From contig CAAGBE010000087.1 of assembly GCA_900768005.1 (NCBI GenBank), forward strand, positions 1 through 26,406: a DNA stretch of 26,406 nucleotides, written 5' to 3'. Both the position numbers and the translations under genes were made by a program. Below, piece by piece: positions 1-9,694 of this stretch. The stretch is from Clostridia bacterium (GTDB taxonomy: Bacteria > Bacillota > Clostridia > UMGS1883). Position 1 is the first letter of the stretch, and every line of letters begins with the position of its first letter. Below the pieces are notes generated by a model that searched no databases, was not told the origin of the DNA, and worked only from the letters and a program-made list of their open reading frames with translations.

Positions 1-311
1 GAGGGAGAGTGGTCGCTCATAGGATTCATTACATAGCCGCTCAATGTATAAACCTTGCCACCCTCCAACTTAATACTTGGAGAATAATCAAGCACATGTG
101 TCGCACGGTCATTACGTACCGCGCCAAAGGGGTTATTTACATATAGTGAAAAACCGCTTTCAAAGGGATTGGAATCGTCAAAAATACCGCCAAACCACAT
201 ATCTGCATCAGCCTGCGTCTCAAAGGAGTACGAGAACTGCTCTGCACCAAAAACGGAAAGAGGAAGAACACACAGCAATATTAAAATGAATGTAAAGATA
301 AATTTTTTCAT
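1..311 (-). CDS. Secreted protein with N-terminal signal peptide, 5' part only (runs off window start)
   Basis: Hand translation from ATG at 311: MKKFIFTFILILLCVLPLSVFGAEQFSYSFETQADAD..., open to position 1. AGGAG RBS at 323-319. Absent from the ORF track because it has no stop codon in the window. Confidence 0.85.
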   Translation of the reverse strand, partial: MKKFIFTFILILLCVLPLSVFGAEQFSYSFETQADADMWFGGIFDDSNPFESGFSLYVNNPFGAVRNDRATHVLDYSPSIKLEGGKVYTLSGYVMNPMSDHSP

Positions 312-338
312 TTTTTTACTCCTGATATTTATACAGAT

Positions 339-367
339 ATTATATTATAAATTACACTGTTTGTCTA
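339..367 (-). promoter_or_regulatory. sigma-A-type promoter for the leftward secreted-protein gene
   Basis: TAGACA (367-362), 17 bp spacer, TATAAT (344-339). Confidence 0.6.
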
Positions 368-444
368 TAAAAAAGATTTGTAAATATTTTCAACGGAATT
401 TAAAAAAAATAAAAGTTTCCAACACACTAAACTTGGTTAAAATC

Positions 445-473
445 TTGACTATCACATTAAAATAGTGTACAAT
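445..473 (+). promoter_or_regulatory. sigma-A-type promoter for the murJ operon
   Basis: TTGACT (445-450), 17 bp spacer, TACAAT (468-473); GGAGG RBS at 499-503. Confidence 0.65.
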
Positions 474-510
474 ATATAGTTGAGGAGTTATATATAACGG
501 AGGTGAAAGA

Positions 511-2025
511 GTGAGCGGATTGACATATATTATTGTTGTTGCAGGAATACTGCTTGCAAAGGGAATCGGCTTTTTAAGGGATATTGTTTTTGCTTCAGTT
601 TTTGGTGCAAGTACATATACTGATATGTATTTTCAGATTTTCGGGCTTGTTAACCTGATTTTTACGGGTGTCGGAGTTGCTCTTTCAACCCTTGTGATAA
701 AAAATCTTAACAAAGCGGAAAATTCCACCGAGGAGAAAAAACGGGCGTATGTATCACGCTTTATCGGGAAAACCACTCTTTTTACCCTTTTGGTAACGGC
801 TTTAATGTATATTGCTGCAAAGCCGATTGTAAGTGTTCTTCTCCCTGGCCTTGACGATGGGGCTATGGATACTGCCTTAATGCTTATGTACATTATGCTT
901 CCGTCGCTTCTGTTTGTTCTGGTGGCATACATAATTTCAGGTGTACTGCAGAATAACAAGATTTTCTTTATAAGCTCGATTATGAGCCTTCCGTTCAATG
1001 TCATTATTATAAGTTCTCTTTTTGTTCCCGATATAGACATTATAACAGTGCGAATTGTTACAACAATCGGCTGGTTTTTACACATAGTAATTCAGCTTCC
1101 GTCTTTCTACAAAAGCGGATACAGGCTTTTTGTGAAGCAGAAAGAGAAATTTTTCAAGTCAGGAAAAAACAGTGAAATAATCTGGATTTTCATTTCCAAT
1201 ATGATGTTTCAGGTATGCTTTATGATTGACAAAGCTTTTGTAAGCGGTGACAGCGGTGCGGCATCTACCATAAACTATGCATCAAACCTGTTCATAACAA
1301 TTGCCAGCGTATTCGTTGTGGCAATGAGTAATGTGGTTTTCCCGTCAATCAGTAAAAACTATGAAGAGGGAAATATCGATTATGTAAGGTCACTTCTGCG
1401 GACTATGATAATAATAATGCTTTCAATATTTGTGCCATTTATTCTTGTTACAAGCTGTTTTGGTACAAATGTTATTTCCCTTTTGTATGAAAGGGGAGAA
1501 TTTACTTCTGAACTTGCAAAAACGACGGGCATACTTTTTGCCGTATACACTCTTGGAGCATTCGGCTATGTCTGTCAGGAACTTTTTAACAAAATTCTAT
1601 ATCTTGACGGAAAATATGCATATACGGTAGCTGGAACAATTATAGTAATTGCATTAAAGCCTGTTATAAATGTTTTTGCAGGAAACTACGGTGTAGTGGC
1701 AATTGCTGTTACGACCACCGCGTTGTTTACCCTTTATGCAATCAGCATTGCCCTTGCAATCAGGAAAGTTACGGGAAATTATATTGACCGTGAATTTGTA
1801 AAAAACATCTTAAAAATAGTATTCGCAGGAGTAAGTGCATTGGCAGTTTTTCTGATGTTCAGACTGGTAATGCCTTCTGTCACGGGGGATAGGGTTTTAT
1901 TCCTCGTACCGCTTTCAGCCTGCGGAGTAGTATACATAGGTATACTGTGGGTTTCGGGCATTGTTAAAATAATCCTTAAAAGCAAAAATGCGGATATTCC
2001 GCAGAATAAAGGAGCAGAAAAATGA
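511..2025 (+). CDS. murJ: MurJ/MviN-family lipid-linked precursor flippase
   Basis: 504 aa polytopic membrane protein; N-terminal GFLRD..A..FGA, IDK, NYASNL, LLYERGEF motifs typical of MurJ; GTG start with RBS. Confidence 0.85.
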   Translation: MSGLTYIIVVAGILLAKGIGFLRDIVFASVFGASTYTDMYFQIFGLVNLIFTGVGVALSTLVIKNLNKAENSTEEKKRAYVSRFIGKTTLFTLLVTALMYIAAKPIVSVLLPGLDDGAMDTALMLMYIMLPSLLFVLVAYIISGVLQNNKIFFISSIMSLPFNVIIISSLFVPDIDIITVRIVTTIGWFLHIVIQLPSFYKSGYRLFVKQKEKFFKSGKNSEIIWIFISNMMFQVCFMIDKAFVSGDSGAASTINYASNLFITIASVFVVAMSNVVFPSISKNYEEGNIDYVRSLLRTMIIIMLSIFVPFILVTSCFGTNVISLLYERGEFTSELAKTTGILFAVYTLGAFGYVCQELFNKILYLDGKYAYTVAGTIIVIALKPVINVFAGNYGVVAIAVTTTALFTLYAISIALAIRKVTGNYIDREFVKNILKIVFAGVSALAVFLMFRLVMPSVTGDRVLFLVPLSACGVVYIGILWVSGIVKIILKSKNADIPQNKGAEK

Positions 2026-4040
2026 AAAAACATATTATAATACGAATTGCGGTAATACTTATACTTGCATCTATGCTCATACCTGCTTTCACTATGCGTA
2101 TTTCTAATGAAGCAAAGAATAATGATGTAGTTTTTGCACTTAATTATAACAATGCGTATCAGGCACTTACAGAAGATGAATTTGAAGATTCTCTTGCAGA
2201 AAACAAAAAAATAGGCGTGAAAACTGTCAGTATTGCGGAAGAAAGTCTCAGCACTCTGGTGACGGAGGGCCGTTTAACCTGCATAAATTACAGGGATATG
2301 TGTACAAAATATGATGAAGAAAGTGAAGCTGTTGTATCACTTTTAAAAGATGACCCGAAAATCCGTAAACAAAGCTTCTTACTTATCACAAAGAATCCCG
2401 AAACAAAAGATTTTCTTAATGTTTGGATACCCACAAAATATACCGGAGAAGAATATTTGAAGCTCTCCACCCAAAACGGAATAGACGTTTTTGTGCTTTA
2501 TGAGGGTGGACTCGACAGTAGGGAATTTGCAATCGGATTCAACGAGCAAAAAATACAGAATGCCCATAGTAAAGGGTTTGATATTTCTCTTGCTATGATG
2601 TTTGGTGCTTTTTCAAATTCGGATTATATCGACCGTATAGGTGAATTTGTTGATAAGTACAATATCAGGTATATAAACCTTAAAAATAATGCTAAGTACA
2701 AAGACTCCTCTCCTTATGCAGAGCAAAATACAAAGGCTATGTGCAAGCTCATAAGGGAGAAAAAGCTTTATCTCATAGTAACCGAGAATCAGGACCAGCT
2801 TTCAAATCAGAAGCCTATCGGTTATCAGAAACTGATAGATGCCGCAAAGGGACGGGTTTTAAGAAGCTATGAAACGGTGGACTTTAAAAACGAGGACCTT
2901 GTAGAGGCACGTTATCACCAGATTCTTAATTCCGTGGTGGACAGAAACCTGAGATTTGTTATTATTAATCAGTTTACAAGCTCTAAGGATACATTTCTTG
3001 GTAAAAGTAATAAAACAAATGAGGCAACACGTCTTGTTATGAAAAAGCTTGAAAGCATAGGTTATAACACAAAGGACTACGATACCGTGTTTGATTACTC
3101 CGTAAACAGACGCATGGTATCAGCTATTGCCGTAATACTTATGATTGTTATGGGCGTAACAATGCTGGAGCTTCTTTTCAAAACCCGAATGAAAAAATTA
3201 GAAATATTCGGAATCATAGCGTCTTTCCTTGGAGGAATTGTTACATTAAAGATTCCCGAAAGTCTTTTATATCTGATTCCTACGCTCTTTGCTTCCTTTG
3301 CACCCTGCTTTGCAATAACGATAGTAATGGCATTTTTGAAAGTGATGAAAGAAAAGTATAAAACAGTTATACTCACTCTTTTGACCGTAATTGTGACAGT
3401 TGCTACACTTTCGCTTATGGGCTTTATACAGGCAACGCTACTTTCGGGACTTGATTACTATCTTAACTCTCTCATTTTCCGCGGAATCAAGCTTTCGCTG
3501 ATAGTACCCATACTGTATAGCTTTGCGGCATACGGATTTATATTTAATGATGATAAGGATAAATGGGCATTAAATATAATTGATTTTCTTAATAAGGAAA
3601 TCAGGGTTTACTGGGTTATTTTGGGTGTAGGTGCAGCAGGTGTGGCAGTTATTTACCTTATCAGAAGCGGTAATGTTACCGAAATTTCCTCAATTGAAGC
3701 GTTTATGCGTAACAGCATAGCAGATGTGATGGCTGCCCGTCCGAGAACAAAGGAATTCCTTATCGGATGGCCCGCTCTTGTGCTTTTGGTATATTACATC
3801 AAAAATACCGATATAAAGCTTCTAAGATGGGGATTTGCGGTTGCAAGTTCAATTCTCTTTGCATCTGTTATAAACAGCTTCTGCCACGTCTTTACCGCGG
3901 CAGGAACTATCTACTCAAGACTTATTAATGGACTTTTTGTAGGTGCTTTCGTAGCAATAGCAGCAGTAATATTGAATGTGGTAGTAATCAGATTTGTGAA
4001 ATGGGCAATTAAAAAATATAACTTGAACGCCGGACGGTGA
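2022..4040 (+). CDS. DUF5693-like membrane protein (extracellular domain plus C-terminal multi-TM domain)
   Basis: FRGIKL, RSGN, RPRTKEFLIGWP and NSFCH motifs recalled from the DUF5693 family; ATGA overlap with murJ. Confidence 0.75.
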   Translation: MKKHIIIRIAVILILASMLIPAFTMRISNEAKNNDVVFALNYNNAYQALTEDEFEDSLAENKKIGVKTVSIAEESLSTLVTEGRLTCINYRDMCTKYDEESEAVVSLLKDDPKIRKQSFLLITKNPETKDFLNVWIPTKYTGEEYLKLSTQNGIDVFVLYEGGLDSREFAIGFNEQKIQNAHSKGFDISLAMMFGAFSNSDYIDRIGEFVDKYNIRYINLKNNAKYKDSSPYAEQNTKAMCKLIREKKLYLIVTENQDQLSNQKPIGYQKLIDAAKGRVLRSYETVDFKNEDLVEARYHQILNSVVDRNLRFVIINQFTSSKDTFLGKSNKTNEATRLVMKKLESIGYNTKDYDTVFDYSVNRRMVSAIAVILMIVMGVTMLELLFKTRMKKLEIFGIIASFLGGIVTLKIPESLLYLIPTLFASFAPCFAITIVMAFLKVMKEKYKTVILTLLTVIVTVATLSLMGFIQATLLSGLDYYLNSLIFRGIKLSLIVPILYSFAAYGFIFNDDKDKWALNIIDFLNKEIRVYWVILGVGAAGVAVIYLIRSGNVTEISSIEAFMRNSIADVMAARPRTKEFLIGWPALVLLVYYIKNTDIKLLRWGFAVASSILFASVINSFCHVFTAAGTIYSRLINGLFVGAFVAIAAVILNVVVIRFVKWAIKKYNLNAGR

Positions 4041-4044
4041 TAAA

Positions 4045-5037
4045 ATGGCAAATTACCTTACGACTCAAAAGGCGTTTCGGACTCTTATCTCATCTGCCCG
4101 CAATAATAAAGTAGGGCAAGCGTACATTTTTGAGGGAATGAAAGGTGTGGGAAAATTCACCTGTGCAAGGATTTTTGCAAATGCAATCCATTGTACGGGC
4201 GACCTAAAACCCTGCGGAGTGTGTCCCGACTGCAAAAAGCACGCGGCAAACACCCACAGCGACCTTTTCATTATCGGCGGAGAGGGCAGCATAACAGTTG
4301 ACGACATTCGTTCTATGAATGAAGAGCTGTATATAAAGCCTGCTCTTTCGGAAAGGAAAATCTTTATAATCCGCGGTGCTGACAATATGAACGATGCGGC
4401 ACAGAACGCTCTTTTAAAGTCCTTTGAGGAGCCCCCTCAATACGCGGTTATAATTCTTCTTTCAGAAAATGTAAAGAATCTGCTTCCAACCATCAGGTCA
4501 AGGGGAAGCAGGGTAGAGTTTGAGCCTTTTGCTGAGAAAGAAATATATGATTTCATCCTTCGTCAGTATCCGCTGAAAAAGGATATAGTAGCTTTTGCCG
4601 CCCTTTACAGCGGAGGAATTATCGGCAGAGCAATAGATATTTGTGAGGATGAAGAATTTTTTAACATAAGGAAAACAATGTTTGAAAGAATCGGCAAAAT
4701 GACAGGTGACAGAATCTCCGTTTTAGAGGTTTCGGATTCTTTCGGAGTAAAGAGCAAGACAAAGTTTGTCGGCTGCGACTTGTATTTTGACCTGTTCACA
4801 AGCTTTATGCGTGATGTTATGGCACAAAAGTCGGGCGGCCGCATAATAAACAGTGATATGATGCCGTATATTGAAGCTTTTTCTTCAAAGGTTACGCTTG
4901 CATCTGTGCTGAGCATTATAGAAAGAACTGCAAAAACCCGCTCACAGCTTAATAAATCAATGAATTACGAGCTGTGGATAATGAATATGCTTATAAATTG
5001 TTGGGAGGATATCCATGGTAAAGGTAGTAGGAGTTAA
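4045..5037 (+). CDS. holB: DNA polymerase III delta' subunit
   Basis: AYIFEG..GVGK, zinc module CGVCPDC, AQNALLKSFEEPP, LLPTIRSR; adjacent to ricT as usual in Firmicutes. Confidence 0.9.
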   Translation: MANYLTTQKAFRTLISSARNNKVGQAYIFEGMKGVGKFTCARIFANAIHCTGDLKPCGVCPDCKKHAANTHSDLFIIGGEGSITVDDIRSMNEELYIKPALSERKIFIIRGADNMNDAAQNALLKSFEEPPQYAVIILLSENVKNLLPTIRSRGSRVEFEPFAEKEIYDFILRQYPLKKDIVAFAALYSGGIIGRAIDICEDEEFFNIRKTMFERIGKMTGDRISVLEVSDSFGVKSKTKFVGCDLYFDLFTSFMRDVMAQKSGGRIINSDMMPYIEAFSSKVTLASVLSIIERTAKTRSQLNKSMNYELWIMNMLINCWEDIHGKGSRS

Positions 5038-5887
5038 ATTTAAAGATACGGGTAAGGCGTACTTTTTTGCCCCCGGAAAACATAATCCAGAGGTAGGAGA
5101 AGAGGTTATCGTAGAAACTTCAAGAGGGCTTGAATTTGGAAGGGTTTCTATGTCTATAAAAGAAATTGCGGAGGAGGAAATTGTTTCCCCGCTCAAGGAA
5201 ATAGTGCGTATAGCTACCGAAAATGACAAAGCTCAGGTTCAGAAGAATAAGAAAAAAGAGCAGGAAGCCTTTGGAATTTGCGAGGAAAAAATAGCAGCCC
5301 ACAACCTTGATATGAAGCTTGTGGATGTTGAATATACCTTTGATGGAAACAAGATTCTTTTCTATTTCACGGCTGAGGGAAGAGTTGACTTCCGTGAACT
5401 TGTAAAGGACCTTGCATCAGTATTCAGAACAAGAATTGAGCTTCGTCAGATAGGTATCCGTGACGAGGCAAAGATGCTCGGAGGTATCGGTATCTGCGGA
5501 AGAAGTCTTTGCTGCAGCACTTATCTTGACGGCTTTCATCCCGTGTCAATCAAAATGGCAAAGGAGCAGGGACTTTCCCTTAACCCCACCAAAATTTCGG
5601 GTAATTGCGGAAGACTTATGTGCTGCCTTAAATACGAGCAGAACTGCTATGACGAATTTTCAAAAATTGCTCCCTCGGTAGGTGCTGTTGTATCTACTCC
5701 CAACGGAAAGGGTATCGTGCAGAGTACTACTATTTTAAAGGGTATTGCAAAAGTAAAGCTCGAGGATGACGGGGAAGCACAGGTGCAGGAATTCAGCTTC
5801 CACGACCTTAAAATCCTTAAGAATAATAAACAGCACGAAAATAATGATGCAGATATGAAGGAGCTTAAAAAACTGGAGGATAACTGA
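5015..5887 (+). CDS. ricT: PSP1/YaaT (RicT) family protein
   Basis: FYFTAEGRVDFRELVKDLA, RIELRQIGIRDEAK, GICGRSLCC, GRLMCCLKYE. Confidence 0.92.
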   Translation: MVKVVGVKFKDTGKAYFFAPGKHNPEVGEEVIVETSRGLEFGRVSMSIKEIAEEEIVSPLKEIVRIATENDKAQVQKNKKKEQEAFGICEEKIAAHNLDMKLVDVEYTFDGNKILFYFTAEGRVDFRELVKDLASVFRTRIELRQIGIRDEAKMLGGIGICGRSLCCSTYLDGFHPVSIKMAKEQGLSLNPTKISGNCGRLMCCLKYEQNCYDEFSKIAPSVGAVVSTPNGKGIVQSTTILKGIAKVKLEDDGEAQVQEFSFHDLKILKNNKQHENNDADMKELKKLEDN

Positions 5888-6846
5888 TGAAAATAGTTCT
5901 TCTTGATACAGCAACAATGGGAAACGATATGGAGTTTTCCTGTATAGAAAGGCTTGGAGAGTGCGTCAAATACGAAAATACTCTCAGCGGAGAAGTTTCC
6001 GAAAGAATAAAGGATGCTGATGTTGTTGTTATCAACAAAGTACAGCTTGGCAGGGAAGTTCTTAAAGAAGCAAAGAATCTCAAGCTTATCTGTGTTTTTG
6101 CAATAGGCTATAACAATGTGGATATAGAATACTGCAGAGAAAACAATATCCGTGTCAGAAATGTTCCGGGTTATTGTGTGGAAAGTGTGTGTCAGCATAC
6201 CTTTGCACTTCTCTTTATGCTGATGGAAAATATGCGTTACTATGACGATTTCGTAAAAGACGGAAGTTACAGTAAAAGCGGAGTTGCAAATCACCTTGGA
6301 AAACCGTTTTTTGAAATAGCGGGCAAGAAGTGGGGTATTATCGGTATGGGTGCAATCGGCAGAGCGGTAGCTGACTGTGCAGCCGCTTTCGGTGCAGAAG
6401 TGTGCTATTCAAGTATAAGCGGTGTAGTCCGTAAAGAAAAGTACGAAAATGTTGACCTTATTACACTTCTTACGGAGTGTGACATTATTTCTGTGCACGC
6501 CCCCCTTAATGAAAAAACAATGCATCTTATAGGCGAAAAAGAGCTTAAAATGATGAAGAAATCTGCATACATAGTCAACGTCGGCAGAGGTGCCGTTATA
6601 GACGAAAAAGCCCTTGCAGAAGCAATTGATGAGGATATTATAGGCGGTGCGGCACTTGATGTCTTTACAACCGAGCCGCCAGAGGCTACTTCTCCCATAA
6701 TGAATGTAAAAAATAAAGAGAGAATTGTTTATACCCCACATACTGCGTGGTCGTCGGTGGAAGCAAGGAAAAGATGTATCTCTATGACAGCAGACAATAT
6801 AGATGCTTTTATAAAAGGCGAATCACGAAATGACGTTTGGAGCTAG
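5887..6846 (+). CDS. D-2-hydroxyacid dehydrogenase (glycerate dehydrogenase-like)
   Basis: GIIGMGAIG Rossmann motif, VNVGRG, LDVF..EP, TPHTAW. Confidence 0.9.
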   Translation: MKIVLLDTATMGNDMEFSCIERLGECVKYENTLSGEVSERIKDADVVVINKVQLGREVLKEAKNLKLICVFAIGYNNVDIEYCRENNIRVRNVPGYCVESVCQHTFALLFMLMENMRYYDDFVKDGSYSKSGVANHLGKPFFEIAGKKWGIIGMGAIGRAVADCAAAFGAEVCYSSISGVVRKEKYENVDLITLLTECDIISVHAPLNEKTMHLIGEKELKMMKKSAYIVNVGRGAVIDEKALAEAIDEDIIGGAALDVFTTEPPEATSPIMNVKNKERIVYTPHTAWSSVEARKRCISMTADNIDAFIKGESRNDVWS

Positions 6847-6848
6847 TT

Positions 6849-7787
6849 ATGGAAAATTTAAAGCTTTCTTTTGAGATTATAGCACCTCTTTTGATATTGA
6901 TGCTTTTAGGTGGCTTTTTGCGTAAAATACAAGTATTTGATGATAATACAGTGAAGAAGATGAATGCATCCATTTTCAAGGTGTTTCTTCCTACACTCAT
7001 ATTTTATAATTTATATAATTCTTCTGTAGATGATGTGAAAGATATTAGTACGGCACTTTATGCCGCAGGTGTAATACTTTGTGCTTTTTTACTGTCTGCC
7101 GTAATAGTTTCACTTGTTGAAAAGGACAATGCAAAATGTGGTGCTATGGTGCAGGGAATGTGCCGCAGTAACTTTGTTATTTTCGGTGTGCCACTTTGCG
7201 TTTCAATCTGCGGAGAGTGGATTGCAGGAAAGATTTCCGTTGCAGTTGCAATTGTTGTACCCCTTTTAAACGTCTTATCGGTAATTGTGCTGGAGTTTTT
7301 CCGAGGGGGAAAGCCCAGCTTTAAGAAGATGCTCAAGGGCGTTGTTACAAATCCCCTTATCATAGCATCGATTCTCGGAATAATCGTACTGATTTCGGGA
7401 ATAAAGCTTCCCGCCCTTGCAGAAAAATCAGTAGGAGATGTAGCAAAAATTGCGACCCCTCTTGCACTTATTCTTTTGGGTGCATCAGTAAACCTGAGAA
7501 GTGTAAAGGGAAACCTCAAACAGCTTATAATTGCCGTTTCGGGGAAGCTTGTGATAATTCCATTTGCAGGAATAATCATAGCGGCACTTATGGGTATGCG
7601 TGGGGGAGATATTGCACTTCTCATTGCCGCATTGGCATCGCCTACGGCAGTTTCGTCATATCCTATGGCTCTGCAGATGGAAAGCGACGGCGAGCTTGCC
7701 GCACAGATTGTAGCTTTTAACACAGCAATATGTATCATAACCGTTTTCCTGTGGGTATTTGTGTTGAAACAACTTGGTTTATTGTAA
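6849..7787 (+). CDS. AEC (auxin efflux carrier)-family transporter
   Basis: FKVFLP, RSNFVIFGVP, NPLIIA, ATPLALILLG, PTAVSSY motifs; ATG at 6849 with GGAG RBS preferred over TTG at 6837. Confidence 0.85.
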   Translation: MENLKLSFEIIAPLLILMLLGGFLRKIQVFDDNTVKKMNASIFKVFLPTLIFYNLYNSSVDDVKDISTALYAAGVILCAFLLSAVIVSLVEKDNAKCGAMVQGMCRSNFVIFGVPLCVSICGEWIAGKISVAVAIVVPLLNVLSVIVLEFFRGGKPSFKKMLKGVVTNPLIIASILGIIVLISGIKLPALAEKSVGDVAKIATPLALILLGASVNLRSVKGNLKQLIIAVSGKLVIIPFAGIIIAALMGMRGGDIALLIAALASPTAVSSYPMALQMESDGELAAQIVAFNTAICIITVFLWVFVLKQLGLL

Positions 7788-7788
7788 T

Positions 7789-7824
7789 AAAAAAGGAATG
7801 CAATTTGCATTCCTTTTTCTTTTT
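7789..7824. terminator. Bidirectional intrinsic terminator between the AEC transporter gene and rnpB
   Basis: AAAAAGGAATGCAA-T-TTGCATTCCTTTTT inverted repeat with A- and T-tracts, between convergent genes. Confidence 0.8.
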
Positions 7825-7830
7825 AATTAT

Positions 7831-8162
7831 GAGTAATCCTGTAAGCCGAGTTCTGTCGTTTAAAACGGTCATCTATCTACGCCGTATATCTCTACACGGC
7901 TCCAGCCGCCCGTCGGATTATAGGTCGGACAAACCAATCCTGTCGGCGTTGCTTCGGATGGGGTTTACATGGCACAAAGCGTTACCGCAATGTCGGTGGG
8001 CTCTTACCCCGCCTTTCCACCCTTACTTGTATAACAAGCGGTTTATTTCTGTTGCACTTTCCTTAGAGTCGCCTCCACCGGGATTTCTCCGGCATCCTGT
8101 CCTGCGAAGCTCGGACTTTCCTCATCAGTACAAATGTACTGCCGCGACCGTTCAGATTACTC
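7831..8162 (-). ncRNA. rnpB: RNase P RNA, bacterial class A
   Basis: Minus strand: GAGTAATC 5' end pairs with GATTACTC 3' end (P1); GAGGAAAGTCC and ACAGAACTCGGCTTA (P4 halves); GGAAAGTGCAACAGAAA; GTAAACCCCA. Confidence 0.97.
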
Positions 8163-8169
8163 GGTGTCT

Positions 8170-8198
8170 ATATTAGCACAATATTCTGTCGGTGTCAA
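8170..8198 (-). promoter_or_regulatory. rnpB promoter embedded in the 3' end of nif3
   Basis: TTGACA (8198-8193), 17 bp spacer, TG-c-TAATAT (8178-8170), 7 bp before the P1 helix. Confidence 0.8.
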
Positions 8199-8964
8199 GC
8201 AGGGGAGAAACCTCTGCCTGGCTTATATATAATTCTAACTTATCGGCAAATTTTTCACTTAGTTTATTTTTGAGAATTTCGGTCACAATTTTCTCACTGT
8301 CAAAATGCCTGATTTCAATAAAGTCAGTATTGTCATTGACTTTCATCATTCCTAATTCGTGGTGCTTTAAGTCTCCCGAAATATACACATCCGCACCCAG
8401 CTCCATTGCAATTAGGGGAAGCTCACCGCCACCGCCGCCGTTACAAACTGCCACGGTTTTTATTTCTTTGTCTTTTTCAAAGGTGGAGTAGAGAGTATCT
8501 ATCCCGAACTCCTTTTTGATTTTTGTACAGAGGGTTTTTGCAGTTTCCCCTGCCTGTGCGTGGCAAAGCCTGCCTAAGTTACCCTCAAGATTGCCGAAAG
8601 CCGAAAGCCCTAGTTTTTCGCATACCGTGTCAGTAATTCCGCCGGGCGCTGAGTCAAGATTGGTGTGTGCACTATATATAGAAATTTTGTTCTCAATAGC
8701 AGACACAAGCATCTGCCCAAAATCGGTTGAATCGGTGACACTTTTAACAGGGTTAAATATTACGGGATGATGGGTGATAATAAGCTCTGCACCAATTTCG
8801 ATTGCTTCCTTAACAACGTTTTTATTGGCATCAAGGCAGAGAAGTACCTTTGTAACATCCTTGTCAATTCGTCCTACCAAAAGACCAATATTGTCAAAAT
8901 CCTCTTTGTATTCGGGTGGGAATTCTTTTTCAAGATATTCTGTTATTTTAGAAAGCTTTATCAT
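8173..8964 (-). CDS. Nif3-like dinuclear metal-centre protein (YqfO/YbgI, DUF34)
   Basis: DNIGLLVG, IITHHP.IF, HTNLD, GDLKHH, HFDSE motifs; follows trmK. Confidence 0.9.
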   Translation of the reverse strand: MIKLSKITEYLEKEFPPEYKEDFDNIGLLVGRIDKDVTKVLLCLDANKNVVKEAIEIGAELIITHHPVIFNPVKSVTDSTDFGQMLVSAIENKISIYSAHTNLDSAPGGITDTVCEKLGLSAFGNLEGNLGRLCHAQAGETAKTLCTKIKKEFGIDTLYSTFEKDKEIKTVAVCNGGGGGELPLIAMELGADVYISGDLKHHELGMMKVNDNTDFIEIRHFDSEKIVTEILKNKLSEKFADKLELYISQAEVSPLLDTDRILC

Positions 8965-9647
8965 TTTGTTTCTCCTTTCAGAAGAGATTCATATTCCCGT
9001 TTGAGATTTTCGTAATGCTCACGTCGGGAACTTGGGTTTCCCCCCATCTTGCTTAGTATACTGTCTATTTCATACAGTCTGTACCTTACATAATCATAAA
9101 AGAGCGGGGGAGTGTTCACTATAAGATACGGACCTATCTCCATTTCGGTTTCGGAGAGCTTTTTGCCCTCTCCGCGTACCGCCAGAAGTGCCGTATACAT
9201 TTTGTTTCCCTCACGGCAAACCTCTTCCTTTTCAATTACATAACCGTGGGTAACAAGATATTCCCGAAGCTCTTTATGTGCCGATTGCATCTGCAGTACA
9301 AAGTATTTGCACCCTTTTTCATTTTCAAGTATTTCGGCAATGGTTTCACCACCCATACCCGCAATGATTGCGCATTCCGCCTCGTTTTCAGCAATTGCGG
9401 AAAAACCGTTGGAAAGCCTTGTTTCAATTTTGTCCGAAACCTCAAACGCACGGATATTTTTTTCAGCCTGTGCAAGAGGCCCTTTTTTTATGTCCGCAGC
9501 GATAATTTTCCCCGCAATCCCTTTTTTTGCAAGGTAAATTGCCACATATGCGTGGTCTGTTCCTATGTCGCAAAGCGATTTGCACTTGGGAACAAGTGAT
9601 GCAATCATTTTTAATCTGGGAGTTAAGTTTTTTTCAATATTAAGCAT
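8961..9647 (-). CDS. trmK: tRNA (adenine22-N1)-methyltransferase
   Basis: DIGTDHAY, GPL..A, IAGMGG; ATG at 9647 with AAGGGA upstream preferred over TTG at 9677. Confidence 0.9.
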   Translation of the reverse strand: MLNIEKNLTPRLKMIASLVPKCKSLCDIGTDHAYVAIYLAKKGIAGKIIAADIKKGPLAQAEKNIRAFEVSDKIETRLSNGFSAIAENEAECAIIAGMGGETIAEILENEKGCKYFVLQMQSAHKELREYLVTHGYVIEKEEVCREGNKMYTALLAVRGEGKKLSETEMEIGPYLIVNTPPLFYDYVRYRLYEIDSILSKMGGNPSSRREHYENLKREYESLLKGETK

Positions 9648-9664
9648 AATTTTTCCCTTACAAA

Positions 9665-9689
9665 GAAACAAGCACAAAGTGCTTGTTTC
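9665..9689 (-). terminator. Hairpin between yqeY and trmK (weak terminator or stabiliser)
   Basis: GAAACAAGCAC-aaa-GTGCTTGTTTC, 11 bp perfect stem; only a short U-run on the minus strand. Confidence 0.5.
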
Positions 9690-9694
9690 AAATT

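Noticed and set aside
77..465. Plus-strand ORFs 77-289 and 169-465
   Set aside because: They overlap the better-supported minus-strand signal-peptide gene and the AT-rich promoter region.
7730..8176. 148 aa plus-strand ORF
   Set aside because: Antisense to rnpB; a typical spurious call over a GC-rich structured RNA.
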